In this document: positions 48,431 through 58,748 of the stretch, piece by piece
How positions within the stretch are numbered: the stretch's first letter is position 1
Layout of the letters: the number at the start of each line of letters is the position of its first letter
Assembly (NCBI GenBank): GCA_039513195.1
Contig: JBCCRM010000021.1
Location: forward strand, 1,476 to 65,475
Length of the DNA stretch: 64,000 bases
Direction of reading: 5' to 3'
Origin: Pseudomonadota bacterium
Lineage (GTDB): Bacteria; Pseudomonadota; Alphaproteobacteria; Rhodobacterales; Rhodobacteraceae
Program-made: the position numbers and the translations under genes
Notes under the pieces: model-generated
What the model saw: the letters and a program-made list of their open reading frames with translations, nothing else
Told to the model about the DNA's origin: nothing
Database searches by the model: none

Positions 48431-49006
48431 CTATTGCGCCGGGCTCATTTCCAGATCGACACGCAAAGGGATGATCGCGCTTACTGCCGGAGCGGCATAG
48501 GACATGCCAAAGTCGGTCCGATCGATATCGCCCGATACCGTAAAGCCTGCGACAGTCCGGTTCGGGTCGAAGGGTGAGGGGCCCAGCTTGTTCAACGTCG
48601 CCAGAACCGTAACCTCGTTGGTGACGCCGCGCATAGTCAGATTGCCGGTCACCTCGGCCGTCTCGCCGCCTGTCGGTTTCACCGATGTCGACTCAAAGAC
48701 GATCTGCGGATGGTTTTCCACATCGAAGAAGTCGGCGGCTCGCAAGTGTTTGTCCCGCTCCTCCCACAGGGTGTCGATGCTCGCTGCTTCGATTACAAAG
48801 CGCACTTTCGTCGACTCGACATTCTCCGGGTCGAACTCGATCTGCGCGTCGAACTCGCGGAATTGGCCATGCACGGTGGAGAATCCGAGATGATCTACTT
48901 CGAACGTCACATGGGCGTGGCTGCGGTCCAGCACATAAGGGTTCGACAGGGCCAGGGATGGTGCTGCAAACACCAGGGTCGCTGCGAGCACGGGTCCAAC
49001 ACGCAT
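48431..49006 (-). CDS. YceI family periplasmic protein
   Basis: ATG at 49006 gives MRVGPVLAATLVFAAPSLALS. DRSHAHVTFEVDHLGFSTVHGQF is the canonical YceI N-terminal motif. Confidence 0.8.
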   Translation of the reverse strand: MRVGPVLAATLVFAAPSLALSNPYVLDRSHAHVTFEVDHLGFSTVHGQFREFDAQIEFDPENVESTKVRFVIEAASIDTLWEERDKHLRAADFFDVENHPQIVFESTSVKPTGGETAEVTGNLTMRGVTNEVTVLATLNKLGPSPFDPNRTVAGFTVSGDIDRTDFGMSYAAPAVSAIIPLRVDLEMSPAQ

Positions 49007-49094
49007 GGGTTTCTCCTCCGGGGGCGGATTTGTGCCTGTTCCGGGCGAGACATAGTGCGCGGTGGTGTAGGACCAAGATGCGAAGCTGCGATGC

Positions 49095-49970
49095 TCAGCG
49101 CGTCGGCACCGGATGCTCGCCCCGATAGTCGTAAAATCCCCGTGAGGTTTTGCGGCCGAGCCATCCCGCCTCAACATATTTCACCAGCAACGGGCAGGGC
49201 CGGTACTTTGTGTCTGCCAAGCCGTCATGCAGAACGTTCATAATCGCCAGGCAAACATCGAGCCCGATAAAATCCGCCAGCTCCAGCGGGCCCATCGGAT
49301 GGTTCGTGCCCAGCTTCATGGCGACGTCGATCCCCTCGACGTTTCCAACCCCTTCGTAGAGAGTGTAGATAGCCTCGTTGATCATCGGCAGCAGGATGCG
49401 GTTGACGATAAAGGCGGGGAAGTCCTCGGCATTCGCGGCGGTCTTGCCCAGGCTTTCGACCACGGTTTTTAGCCGCTGGAACGTTTCCTCATTGGTGGCG
49501 ATACCGCGGATCAGTTCGACCAGCTGCATGACGGGCACGGGGTTCATAAAGTGAAATCCCATGAAGCGTTCTGGCCGGTCAGTCGCGGAGGCAAGGCGGG
49601 TGATCGAGATCGACGACGTGTTCGATGTCAGGATCGTGTGCTCGCCCAGATGTGGGCGAAGGCTTGCGAAGATCTTGTGCTTGATCTCCTCGTTCTCGGT
49701 TGCGGCCTCGATGATCAGGTCGGACGCGCCGAGGACGACGAGGTCGTGTTCGCCCTGCAACCGCCCGAGCGCTGCGGTGCAGTCCTCGCTCGCCAGCCGG
49801 CCCTTTTCGACCTGACGTGAGAGGCCTGCGGCGATTCGGTCGAGGGCTGTCGCGACCTGCGCCGGGTTGATATCGTTTAGGCGCACGTCATAGCCGGATT
49901 GTGCGAAGACTTGGGCTATGCCGGTGCCCATTTGTCCGGCACCGACAATGCCTACGGTGCGAATTCCCAT
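49095..49970 (-). CDS. hbd: 3-hydroxybutyryl-CoA dehydrogenase
   Basis: [16 protein letters not shown] Rossmann motif. 3HCDH N- and C-domains. Confidence 0.9.
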   Translation of the reverse strand: MGIRTVGIVGAGQMGTGIAQVFAQSGYDVRLNDINPAQVATALDRIAAGLSRQVEKGRLASEDCTAALGRLQGEHDLVVLGASDLIIEAATENEEIKHKIFASLRPHLGEHTILTSNTSSISITRLASATDRPERFMGFHFMNPVPVMQLVELIRGIATNEETFQRLKTVVESLGKTAANAEDFPAFIVNRILLPMINEAIYTLYEGVGNVEGIDVAMKLGTNHPMGPLELADFIGLDVCLAIMNVLHDGLADTKYRPCPLLVKYVEAGWLGRKTSRGFYDYRGEHPVPTR

Positions 49971-50240
49971 GCGTCCCTTCCCTTGAAGCGCGCCCTTTCC
50001 ATGGTGCGCTGCAACACCGAAAATATGCCGCAGCTCCAGAAGTTTGCAAGCGAATGGTGGCCAATGGTCCGTGCAGGTGCTCGCGATCTGTGGATGCTGT
50101 TGCCCAATGCGGGGGCAATCCTGCCCCTGCCGCGACGCGATCCTGACCGGGCGAGGCTTTAGAGTTCTTTAACCAAAGCGGTCCCTCATCATCCGGCAAA
50201 GCATTGATTTTGCCGAAAACTCGTAGGTTCGGAGGAGACG

Positions 50241-51035
50241 ATGGTCGGGACGACGCGACGCGCGCAGGACATGGATCCTTGGCTGGCGCCGACCATCCCC
50301 TCGGCGGTGGAGATGCCCGATGTCCTGGGCGATCTCGAAAGCTTCGTGCGGGATGCGCGCCGCGACCGCGAGGACCAGGACATCTATGATCCCGAAGCGA
50401 TCGCGGGTTTCTACGCCGGTACCGCCTTCGATTTGGAGGGTTGTGACTATCAGATCGTTTATGTCGACGACAATCATGCGAGTTCGGTGCGGAGAATCTC
50501 TGTAAAAAAGGTGACCCAACCGACTGATGGCTTGGATCTTTATCTGCGGGTCTTCTGCCGGCTCCGACGGGCCAATCGCACCTTCCGCGCCAGCCGGATC
50601 CGCGAGCTCATCGACCTCCGCGACGGGGTGCTTTACTCCGGCCGCGATATTTTAAGGCATCTGCAGGCGCGGTTGGAGGAATCGGACGCTTACAAAGTGC
50701 ATCTGTTCTGTCAGTCCGAGCCGGGGCGGAGCCTTCTCACATGCCTCCTCTACCTCGCCCGAGCCGAAGGTCGCATCCTGCGCGGCGACCGCGAGGTTCT
50801 TTCAGAGGTGGCGTTGATCGGCGCAGGCGGCCTTAAGAGCCCCGCCGCGCGGGGCCGGGCGGGCCGCGAGATCAGCAATTGCGAGGCTGACTTCTCCCAA
50901 ATGCGCCGCGCACGCCAGCAGCTAAAGCGGCAGGGCGAGCAGGCGCGCATGCTAAAAATCGCCGAAGTTATGGTTTCGATCCGCGGCGAGCCGTCGGCCA
51001 GGGTCGACGCGGCACTGCGGGAGATTGGGCGCTAG
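50241..51035 (+). CDS. hypothetical protein with WYL-like core and TerB-like C-terminal region
   Basis: GGAGGAG Shine-Dalgarno site. YQIVYVDDNHASSVRRISVKKV...LYLRVFCRLRRANRTFRASRIRELIDL fits the WYL-domain pattern (xYL...R.FR..RI). The C-terminus LLYLARAEGRILRGDREVLSEVA is TerB-like. Confidence 0.6.
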   Translation: MVGTTRRAQDMDPWLAPTIPSAVEMPDVLGDLESFVRDARRDREDQDIYDPEAIAGFYAGTAFDLEGCDYQIVYVDDNHASSVRRISVKKVTQPTDGLDLYLRVFCRLRRANRTFRASRIRELIDLRDGVLYSGRDILRHLQARLEESDAYKVHLFCQSEPGRSLLTCLLYLARAEGRILRGDREVLSEVALIGAGGLKSPAARGRAGREISNCEADFSQMRRARQQLKRQGEQARMLKIAEVMVSIRGEPSARVDAALREIGR

Positions 51036-51098
51036 GCAAGAGTTTCGAGCAGGATGCCGGGGCGGGGCAGTCGCGTCTCGCCCCGGCGACAACCAGGC

Positions 51099-52031
51099 CT
51101 AGCCCAACTTGTCTTCGAGTTCCGGCAGCAGCGTGAACAGATCGCCGACCAACCCATAATCCGCGACCTGGAAGATCGGTGCTTCTTCATCCTTGTTGAT
51201 CGCTACGATGACTTTCGAATCCTTCATGCCCGCCAGGTGCTGGATCGCGCCGGAGATCCCGACGGCGATGTAGAGATCCGGGGCGACGACCTTGCCGGTC
51301 TGGCCCACCTGCCAGTCATTGGGCGCATAGCCGCTGTCCACGGCAGCGCGAGAAGCGCCCGTGGCCGCGCCGAGCTTGTCCGCGACCTTCTCGATCAGCT
51401 CGAAGTTCTCCTTCGACGCGAGGCCACGACCGCCGGAGATCACGACCTTTGCTGAAGTCAGCTCCGGCCGGTCCGACGAGACGACCTTATCCTCGACCCA
51501 CTCGCTGAGGCCTGGATCCCCCGTCGCCGAGATGCTCTCGACAGGGGCCGAGCCGCCGGTGCTCGCCGCCTCGAAGGTGGCCGTGCGTACCGACAGCACC
51601 TTGACCGCATCGGCGGATTTCACCGTCTGGATCGCGTTGCCCGCATAGATCGGGCGCACGAATGTGTCGGCGTCGGTGATCTCAATGATGTCGGTGATCA
51701 CCATCACGTCGAGCAGCGCTGCGACCCGGGGCAGGATGTTCTTCCCAGAGACTGTCGCTGGCGCCACGATGTGGGTGTAGTCCTTCGCGAGGGAGGCGAC
51801 GAGATCCGCAATCGGCTCGGCCAAGCCATGGCCATGGGCGGGGCTGTCGGCGCAGAAGACCTTCTCGACCCCCTCCAACGTCGCCGCTTCGGCAGAAGCG
51901 CCGCCAGAGCAGCCCTCGCCGGCGCAGAGCACCGTCACCGGGCCAAGCTGCTTGGCAGCCGTAAGCGCCTTCGCTGTGGCGTCCATCGCCAGGGAGTCGC
52001 CGCTCATCTCCGCAATCAGAAGAACCGCCAT
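51099..52031 (-). CDS. etfA: electron transfer flavoprotein subunit alpha
   Basis: [20 protein letters not shown]-binding signature. Confidence 0.95.
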   Translation of the reverse strand: MAVLLIAEMSGDSLAMDATAKALTAAKQLGPVTVLCAGEGCSGGASAEAATLEGVEKVFCADSPAHGHGLAEPIADLVASLAKDYTHIVAPATVSGKNILPRVAALLDVMVITDIIEITDADTFVRPIYAGNAIQTVKSADAVKVLSVRTATFEAASTGGSAPVESISATGDPGLSEWVEDKVVSSDRPELTSAKVVISGGRGLASKENFELIEKVADKLGAATGASRAAVDSGYAPNDWQVGQTGKVVAPDLYIAVGISGAIQHLAGMKDSKVIVAINKDEEAPIFQVADYGLVGDLFTLLPELEDKLG

Positions 52032-52792
52032 CAGATAACCCCCGCTTCGTTCTTGAGTTTCTCCAACAACTCGTCGACCGAGCCGACCTTGACGCCGGCC
52101 TTGCGTGCTTCCGGCTCCGTCACGCTCACCACGGACAGGCGCGGCGCGACATCGACGCCAAGATCCGAGGGCGTCTTCGTGTCGAGCGGCTTTTTCTTCG
52201 CCTTCATGATGTTCGGCAGGCTCGCATAGCGCGGCTCGTTCAGGCGCAGATCGACCGAGATGATGGCAGGCATTTTGACCTTCACGGTCTGCAAGCCGCC
52301 ATCGACCTCCCGCGTTACGATCGCGGTGTCGCCCTCGACAGATATCTCGGAGGCGTAGGTCGCCTGGCTCCAGCCCAACAGGGCAGCCAGCATCTGACCA
52401 GTGGCATTCAGGTCGTTGTCGATTGCCTGCTTGCCGCAGATCACCAAGCCTGGTTCCTCCTCGGCAATGATCGCTTTCAGGATCTTTGCAACCGAAAGGG
52501 GCTCGATATCCTGTTCTGCGCTATCCGCCGCCTGCACTAGGATCGCGCGGTCGGCCCCCATGGCGAGGGCAGTGCGCAACGTCTCCTGCGCTTGCTTCAC
52601 GCCGATGGAGACCGCGACGATTTCCGTGGCGATACCCTTCTCCCTCATGCGGATCGCTTCCTCGACCGCGATCTCGTCGAAGGGATTCATCGACATTTTG
52701 ACATTGGCCAGATCGACGCTGGAATTGTCCGCCTTAACGCGGACTTTCACATTGTAGTCGATCACGCGCTTGACAGGCACCAGGACCTTCAT
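52031..52792 (-). CDS. etfB: electron transfer flavoprotein subunit beta
   Basis: [19 protein letters not shown] start, with a 1 nt stop/start overlap with etfA. Confidence 0.95.
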   Translation of the reverse strand: MKVLVPVKRVIDYNVKVRVKADNSSVDLANVKMSMNPFDEIAVEEAIRMREKGIATEIVAVSIGVKQAQETLRTALAMGADRAILVQAADSAEQDIEPLSVAKILKAIIAEEEPGLVICGKQAIDNDLNATGQMLAALLGWSQATYASEISVEGDTAIVTREVDGGLQTVKVKMPAIISVDLRLNEPRYASLPNIMKAKKKPLDTKTPSDLGVDVAPRLSVVSVTEPEARKAGVKVGSVDELLEKLKNEAGVI

Positions 52793-53067
52793 GCTGCGTC
52801 TATCTCCTCGTTTTCGGCCCGGCTACGAGCTGGCTGGGCCCCCAAAAGCTGTCGTACACTTAACGGCTGTCTTGCTTGGACCCTTGCGAAAAAACGACGC
52901 GCAGGTCGGAGGAATCGCCACTGCCGCACAAGCTTCCGTAACGTCGTGGCGACCGTCGAAGGCTCACCGGCCGGGGTATCGCGCTGTCGCAGCCGCCCCG
53001 GACTTCCCCGCGGCTTAGAAGGTTGCGCGCGACCCCGTCCGCAAAACCCCAGCCTTCGCTATACCGA

Positions 53068-53640
53068 TCACCGGTTAGCGCCAGGGACCCAAAGGACATC
53101 TGCCCTGCCGTTGTCGTTGGCGATGCGCGAGGCCACAAAGAACCAATCCGACAGCCGATTAATGTACTTGATCGCAGTCTCGTTTATGCCCTCGGTAGTG
53201 GCGAGCTCCACGCAACACCGCTCTGCCCGCCGGCAAACCGTGCGGCAGAGATGCAGATGCGCTGCAAGCGCCGACCCGCCAGGCAGCACGAAACTGCGTA
53301 GCGGCTCCAGATGGCCATTCATGGCGTCGATCTCGGTCTCCAGCCGCTCGACCTGCGCCATCGCGATGCGCAGGGGCGGGTACTCCGCCTCGGCATCTTT
53401 CTCCATATGGGGCCGGCAAAGATCGGCGCCGAGATCAAACAGGTCGTTGGAAATCCGCATGAGCTGTTTGTCCGCCTCCCCCGTCGCATGCAGGCGTGCC
53501 ATGCCGAGGGTCGCGTTCAGCTCGTCGACAGTGCCGTAGGCATCGACCCGGGCGGAATGCTTTGCCACCCGTGTGCCATCGCCGAGCGCCGTATCACCCG
53601 CATCGCCGGTGCGTGTGTAGATCCGGTTTAGAACAACCAT
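53068..53640 (-). CDS. PduO-type ATP:cob(I)alamin adenosyltransferase
   Basis: IYTRTGDAGDTALGDG N-terminus is typical of the family. Confidence 0.85.
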   Translation of the reverse strand: MVVLNRIYTRTGDAGDTALGDGTRVAKHSARVDAYGTVDELNATLGMARLHATGEADKQLMRISNDLFDLGADLCRPHMEKDAEAEYPPLRIAMAQVERLETEIDAMNGHLEPLRSFVLPGGSALAAHLHLCRTVCRRAERCCVELATTEGINETAIKYINRLSDWFFVASRIANDNGRADVLWVPGANR

Positions 53641-53641
53641 C

Positions 53642-53851
53642 TCAGCCTCCGTTCCGCGCCGCCAAAACCGTGAGCATGATCAGCACGATGGCGACGAGTT
53701 GCGCGATGATCCGCCAGCGCATCATCCGGTTCGAGAATTTCGGGCTCGCCTTTCCGGACCCGAAGCCGCCGATGCCGACCATCAAGACGCCGAGGGTAGC
53801 AAAGCAGGCGGCCCCGGCGAGATAAAGAAGCACTTGAGACATCATCGGCAA
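53642..53851 (-). CDS. twin transmembrane helix small protein (HIG1-like)
   Basis: 69 aa, two transmembrane helices, RMMRWRIIAQ motif. Confidence 0.65.
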   Translation of the reverse strand: MPMMSQVLLYLAGAACFATLGVLMVGIGGFGSGKASPKFSNRMMRWRIIAQLVAIVLIMLTVLAARNGG

Positions 53852-53882
53852 CTAGCGCGCCCCTGCCATCGCGACCAGTTCA

Positions 53883-54713
53883 TCACCCTTTTGCCAGCAC
53901 CGCGTCCAGCCAGCGTGTCGGCAATAGCCTCTTGAGCCACGCCGCCATATAGGTAGGCGTCGTGACGTAATAGCGCGCCCGGGGCCGTGGGCTTTCCAGG
54001 GCGTGGATCAGCTTCCGCGTCGTCGCCTCGCAGCTCAGCTCGAACCGGTCCGGCGCAGGATCTTCGGCAAAGAGGCGTGGCTCCAACTGATCGGTATAGA
54101 GCTGGGCCCAAGCCGAGGTCTTCGGATCGATCCATCGCCGGTAATGGGCGCGCGCATTCTCCCGGATCTTCGTTCGGATTGGCCCGGGTTCGATGAGGAT
54201 CAGCTCGATCTGCGTATCGCGCAGCTCGACCCGCATGGTGTCCGTGAGACCCTCCAGCGCGAACTTTGTGGCGTTGTAGGCGCCCCGCATTGGCAGCGCG
54301 GCGAAACCAAGCACCGAAGAGTTCTGCACGATCCGCCCGGCTCCCTGCTTGCGCATTTGCGCGACCGCCAGGCGCGTTAGGCTATGCCAGCCGAAAAAGT
54401 TGGTTTCGAAGATCGCCCGCAGTGCGTCGGTCGGCAGGTCCTCCACCGCGCCCGGTTGCGCGTAGGCGCCGTTGTTGAACAACGCGTCGATCCGGTCGGT
54501 CTGGTCCATGACCCGGGCAAAGCCGGCACTGATGCTCTCTTCGTCGGTGTAGTCGAGGCGAAAGCTGTCTAACCCCTCGGCCGCTAGGCGCTCGCAATCT
54601 ATCTCGGCTCGGCAGGTGGCGAAAACACGCCATCCGCGTTTCGCCAAGGCATGCGCCGCGTGATGGCCGATCCCACTGGAACACCCTGTGATCAGGATGG
54701 TTTTCTCGCTCAT
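53883..54713 (-). CDS. SDR family oxidoreductase
   Basis: TGCSSGIG cofactor motif, YNATK catalytic motif. Confidence 0.85.
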   Translation of the reverse strand: MSEKTILITGCSSGIGHHAAHALAKRGWRVFATCRAEIDCERLAAEGLDSFRLDYTDEESISAGFARVMDQTDRIDALFNNGAYAQPGAVEDLPTDALRAIFETNFFGWHSLTRLAVAQMRKQGAGRIVQNSSVLGFAALPMRGAYNATKFALEGLTDTMRVELRDTQIELILIEPGPIRTKIRENARAHYRRWIDPKTSAWAQLYTDQLEPRLFAEDPAPDRFELSCEATTRKLIHALESPRPRARYYVTTPTYMAAWLKRLLPTRWLDAVLAKG

Positions 54714-54791
54714 CGAAGGCTGCCCCGCATTACTCCCCGCCGTGGGAACGATAGTAGGGCGCTGGCCTCGCTGACAATGCCGGGCGCCGGG

Positions 54792-55148
54792 TCAACGCCG
54801 CTTTCGTCGACCGCGACAAGTGCGGGCGTGAAAGCCCGGTGGTTTGCAGGCGACCCAAGCGGTGAAGCGGGCAATCTACGGGCGCGCGCAGAGGGCCTCG
54901 GCCGTGTTGTCGCGGCTAGCCAAATCGCGTTCGGACAGGGGTGCGTGGATGGTGCTGTGGCAGATCTGGTGCAGAAGCACCGTTGGCCCTTTAGCCCCGC
55001 CCTTCAGTTTTGGGACGAGGTGGTGAAGGGATTTGCGCGCTTCCGTCGGTATCGAGCGTTGGCAGAGTTGGCAAATCGGTTCGGTGGCGCGATCTGCGGT
55101 CAGGCGGCGAAGCTTAGGGTGCCCCGCCGCCCCGCCAAGCGGGGGCCG
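54792..55148 (-). pseudogene. small HNH endonuclease family gene, disrupted (no start codon, internal TAG)
   Basis: Hand translation of the minus strand gives LTADRATEPICQLCQRSIPTEARKSLHHLVPKLKGGAKGPTVLLHQICHSTIHAPLSERDLASRDNTAEALCARP*IARFTAWVACKPPGFHARTCRGRRKRR*.
- The CxxC...HH...CHxxIH pattern is present.
- The internal TAG is at 54876-54878.
- No ATG, GTG or TTG precedes the first Cys. A CTG at 55103 is the only candidate. Confidence 0.65.
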
Positions 55149-55763
55149 TCAGGCTTCTGCGGCTGGATCGACCGTCTCCACCGAGGCCAGGCCTGCGTCG
55201 ATCTGATCCGACAACGCCTCGGCTTCGAAAAGCGCCGTACGCGCTTTCTCGAGAAACGAAGCGATGGCGGCCACGCATTCGTCGCGCCCGGCGCGGAGTT
55301 GCGCATCCGCTGGGCGAAAGCGCACGATTTTCAGCTGTAGGTCCAGGAGACGGATCTTCTCGATTGCTTCCGCCATATCCAAATGCAATTCGCGCAGGCG
55401 CTCCGCCTCTCGCTTCAGGCGGCGTTCATAGAGGTTTATCTGCGTTTGCGTCACCTCTTCGATCGGCTGAAGCGATGCCTCCGCGCCGCGGACGCGAATC
55501 GCCAGTTTGAGAAACGCGTCCTCAAATCGCGCCTGCGCCTTGGTTTGGCGCTCCAACTCGTCGATTAAGATCCGCATTTGGTCTGCCGGAGCAAGTTGCG
55601 CGCGCCGCTCCCAGTGGGCGTAGGGGTCTGCCAATGCCGGATCGCTTAGTGTCACGGTATCCTCCTTCGGCTCGATTTCCGCCGATAGGACCAGCCCGAG
55701 GCCGGTCGCCTTTATCATCACGCTGCGCGTGACGATCCCTGTGTCGAAAACGCCAAACTGCAT
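55149..55763 (-). CDS. hypothetical coiled-coil protein
   Basis: 204 aa with heptad-rich regions (ERQTKAQARFEDAFLKL, RRLKREAERLRELHLDMAEAIEKIRLLDLQL). No family recognised. Confidence 0.5.
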   Translation of the reverse strand: MQFGVFDTGIVTRSVMIKATGLGLVLSAEIEPKEDTVTLSDPALADPYAHWERRAQLAPADQMRILIDELERQTKAQARFEDAFLKLAIRVRGAEASLQPIEEVTQTQINLYERRLKREAERLRELHLDMAEAIEKIRLLDLQLKIVRFRPADAQLRAGRDECVAAIASFLEKARTALFEAEALSDQIDAGLASVETVDPAAEA

Positions 55764-55942
55764 CGTCTCGTGCCGTTTCGGTCACTGCGTTGCTGCAAGC
55801 CGACGCCAGTCAACCCTCGAAGGAAGGCCACTCACTCGGTACATCCGCTGACGGAAAAACACCCCCGTCAGCCCGACGAATCGGGCAATAAGTTGTAAAG
55901 ATGATGGGTAGACTTCATAAAAGAGTCCAGTTTGCCAATATG

Positions 55943-55971
55943 TTGACAAATTTAGTTATGAAAATTATCAG
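55943..55971 (+). promoter_or_regulatory. candidate sigma70-type promoter upstream of parC
   Basis: TTGACA (55943-55948), a 17 nt spacer, then TATCAG (55966-55971), inside an AT-rich patch. Confidence 0.3.
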
Positions 55972-56110
55972 GATAATGACCTTATTCACCGTTTTTTGTG
56001 GCTCTTCCGCGACAGTCGCAAAAGAAGACGATAACACGCTCTTGCTTCGTCCACCGTGCATGCCAGCGCTTCCGCTGGACGACGGTTTTCAGCGCTGATA
56101 CACAACATCT

Positions 56111-58426
56111 ATGAGCGACACGACCAATGACGACGAGATACTGCGTGAGGTGCGGGAGCCTTTGGCCCGCGCCCTCGGCGAACGCTATCTGACCTATGCG
56201 TTGTCGACCATCATGCACCGGGCGCTACCCGATGCGCGCGACGGGCTGAAGCCGGTTCACCGCCGCATTCTGTACGCGATGCGGGGTCTGCGGCTCGATC
56301 CGGCCTCTGCTTTCAAGAAATGCGCGAAGATCGTCGGCGAGGTGATGGGCAACTATCACCCCCATGGCGACCAGGCGATCTACGATGCGTTGGTCCGTGC
56401 CGCACAGGACTTCTCACTGCGCTATCCGCTGATCGATGGGCAGGGCAATTTCGGCAATATCGATGGCGATGGCGCCGCCGCTATGCGCTACACGGAGAGC
56501 CGGTTGACCCCGGTCGCTCAGGCGCTGATGGAGGGGCTGGACGAGGACGCTGTAGATTTCGGTCCGAACTATGACGGGTCGGACACGGAACCATTGGTCC
56601 TGCCGGCCGCTTTCCCCAATCTTTTGGCCAATGGCGCATCTGGCATCGCGGTTGGCATGGCGACGTCGATCCCGCCGCACAATGTCGGCGAACTGATCGA
56701 TGCGCTGCTCCATCTGATCAAGCATCCGGAGGCCCGGACGGAGACACTGGTCGAGATGATCCCCGGCCCTGACTTCCCGACCGGCGGTGTCATGATCGAG
56801 CCGAGGGATGCGGTTGTAGAAGCTTATGCCACGGGCCGCGGTGCCTTTCGCCTGCGGGCTGCCTGGCATGTCGAGGATCTCGGCCGAGGTCAGTGGCAGG
56901 TCGTGGTCACCGAAATTCCCTATCAGGTCCAGAAGTCGAAACTGGTCGAGCGTCTGGCCGAACTGATTGCGGCGAAGAAAGTGCCGATGCTGTCGGATGT
57001 CCGCGACGAGTCGGCCGAGGATGTGCGCCTGGTGCTGGAGCCACGGACCCGGTCGATCGATCCGGAAATGTTTATGCAGAGTCTGTTCCGCCTCTCGGAG
57101 CTCGAGACGCGGGCGCCGCTGAACATGAACGTCCTCACCGATGGGCGTTCCCCGAAGGTGTGTGGCCTGCGCGAGGTGCTGCGGATCTTCCTCGATCATC
57201 GGCGCACCGTCCTGCTGCGCCGCGCCCGCCACCGGTTGGAGAAAATCGCCCACCGGTTGGAGGTGCTCGACGGCTACATCATCGCGTTCCTCAATCTCGA
57301 ACGGGTTATCGAGATCATCCGCTACGAGGACGAGCCGAAGCAGGCCCTGATGGCGGAGGATTGGGGCGATGGCGCGCATCTGACGGAGGTGCAGGCCGAG
57401 GCGATCCTCAACATGCGACTGCGCTCGCTGCGGCGGTTGGAGGAGATGGCCCTGCGGCAGGAGCGGGATGACCTGCGCGCCGAGCAGGCGGATCTACAGG
57501 CGATGCTGGCCGACGATGCCGAACAATGGCGCCGCCTGGCCGACGAGCTGCGGGCGATCCGTGATCAATTCGGGGCGCCGCTATCCTATCGCGGGCTGCG
57601 TTTGGCGGAGGAGATTGCCGGCGCCAAACGCGCGGCCGGCGAGGGGTATCCGGCCGGGGCGCGACGCACTGGGCTTGCCGAGGCGCCGGCGGTCGAGGAC
57701 GTTCCGTCCGAAATCTACATCGAGCGGGAGCCGGTTACCGTCGTTTGCTCAGCCGGTGGATGGATCCGCGCCATGAAGGGGCATCTGCCTCTCGATGCAG
57801 AGCTGAAATACAAAGATGGTGATAGGCCACGATTCGTCTTCCATGCGCAGACGACGGATCGCTTGCTCGCCTTCGCGACGAATGGGCGATTCTTCACTTT
57901 GGGTTGCGATCGGCTCCCGGGTGGGCGCGGCGCGGGAGAGCCGATTCGCCTTATGGTGGATTTGCCCAACGAGGAAGACCTTGTTGCGCTTTTCATTCAT
58001 CGTCCGGGAGAGCGTGTTCTGATTGCCTCAACGGCTGGGGATGGTTTCGTCCTGTCCGAGAACGAGGCGGTGGCCCAGACCCGAAGCGGCCGGCAGGTCC
58101 TTAATGTCCGGGATGACGCTAGGGCGGCCCTGTGCCGACCGGTGACTGGCGATCATGTCGCGGTGGTCGGGGAAAACCGTAAGATGCTGGTATTTCCATT
58201 GGCCGAATTGCCAGAGATGAATCGCGGAAAAGGCGTTCGTTTGCAAAAGTTTAAGGACGGTGGATTGTCGGATGCGCTGTGCTTTACACTGGCCGATGGG
58301 CTGAGCTGGAAAGACCCTGCGGGTCGCACTCGGACGGAGCGCGATCTGAGCGATTATCTCGGGCGCCGGGCGGGCACGGGGCGGATGGCGCCACGGGGTT
58401 TTCCGCGTGACAACCGTTTCGCATGA
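56111..58426 (+). CDS. parC: DNA topoisomerase IV subunit A
   Basis: [34 protein letters not shown] and AAMRYTE with the catalytic Tyr. At 771 aa it is shorter than GyrA. Confidence 0.9.
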   Translation: MSDTTNDDEILREVREPLARALGERYLTYALSTIMHRALPDARDGLKPVHRRILYAMRGLRLDPASAFKKCAKIVGEVMGNYHPHGDQAIYDALVRAAQDFSLRYPLIDGQGNFGNIDGDGAAAMRYTESRLTPVAQALMEGLDEDAVDFGPNYDGSDTEPLVLPAAFPNLLANGASGIAVGMATSIPPHNVGELIDALLHLIKHPEARTETLVEMIPGPDFPTGGVMIEPRDAVVEAYATGRGAFRLRAAWHVEDLGRGQWQVVVTEIPYQVQKSKLVERLAELIAAKKVPMLSDVRDESAEDVRLVLEPRTRSIDPEMFMQSLFRLSELETRAPLNMNVLTDGRSPKVCGLREVLRIFLDHRRTVLLRRARHRLEKIAHRLEVLDGYIIAFLNLERVIEIIRYEDEPKQALMAEDWGDGAHLTEVQAEAILNMRLRSLRRLEEMALRQERDDLRAEQADLQAMLADDAEQWRRLADELRAIRDQFGAPLSYRGLRLAEEIAGAKRAAGEGYPAGARRTGLAEAPAVEDVPSEIYIEREPVTVVCSAGGWIRAMKGHLPLDAELKYKDGDRPRFVFHAQTTDRLLAFATNGRFFTLGCDRLPGGRGAGEPIRLMVDLPNEEDLVALFIHRPGERVLIASTAGDGFVLSENEAVAQTRSGRQVLNVRDDARAALCRPVTGDHVAVVGENRKMLVFPLAELPEMNRGKGVRLQKFKDGGLSDALCFTLADGLSWKDPAGRTRTERDLSDYLGRRAGTGRMAPRGFPRDNRFA

Positions 58427-58626
58427 CAACAACCTTTGACCCAGACGTGACCAGCACGCTACAGTTCAAGGCACACAACCTCCGGGCCGCAAGACTCAGC
58501 TAAGAATCTCCCGGCCCAAGGGGTAGTCTCCAGATGTCGCGTCTTTGTTCCGTTCTCTTGAGTGCCGTACGCGTAGGGGCGGCAGGGTGCTCGACGCTCT
58601 CACCTGGCGAGCATTCTGCCGCTTGC

Positions 58627-58647
58627 GGCACAGTTTTAATGTGAGAC
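58627..58647 (+). terminator. hairpin plus T tract in the parC/trxB convergent spacer
   Basis: TGCCGC-TT-GCGGCA followed by CAGTTTT, about 200 nt after the parC stop. Confidence 0.3.
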
Positions 58648-58748
58648 AAACCTGGCAAAATAATGGCAAATGCTGCGAAAGCGGGCCGCAAGCGCAGCAT
58701 GGCTTCGATCAGCAAACTGCAGTGAGTTTTCGGGGTAGCGCTATCGCC

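Noticed and set aside
55132-55151. TGA stop immediately followed by a hairpin and an in-frame downstream ORF. I considered selenocysteine (SECIS) or programmed readthrough fusing the coiled-coil protein to the HNH domain.
   Set aside because: The stem is only 6 bp with a 3 nt loop, and its spacing is unlike bacterial SECIS elements. The downstream frame itself carries a TAG, and no selenoprotein context exists. A pseudogene explanation is simpler.
55901-56098. 65 aa ORF upstream of parC.
   Set aside because: It has no Shine-Dalgarno site. Its first half is just the AT-rich promoter patch, and its composition changes abruptly mid-ORF.
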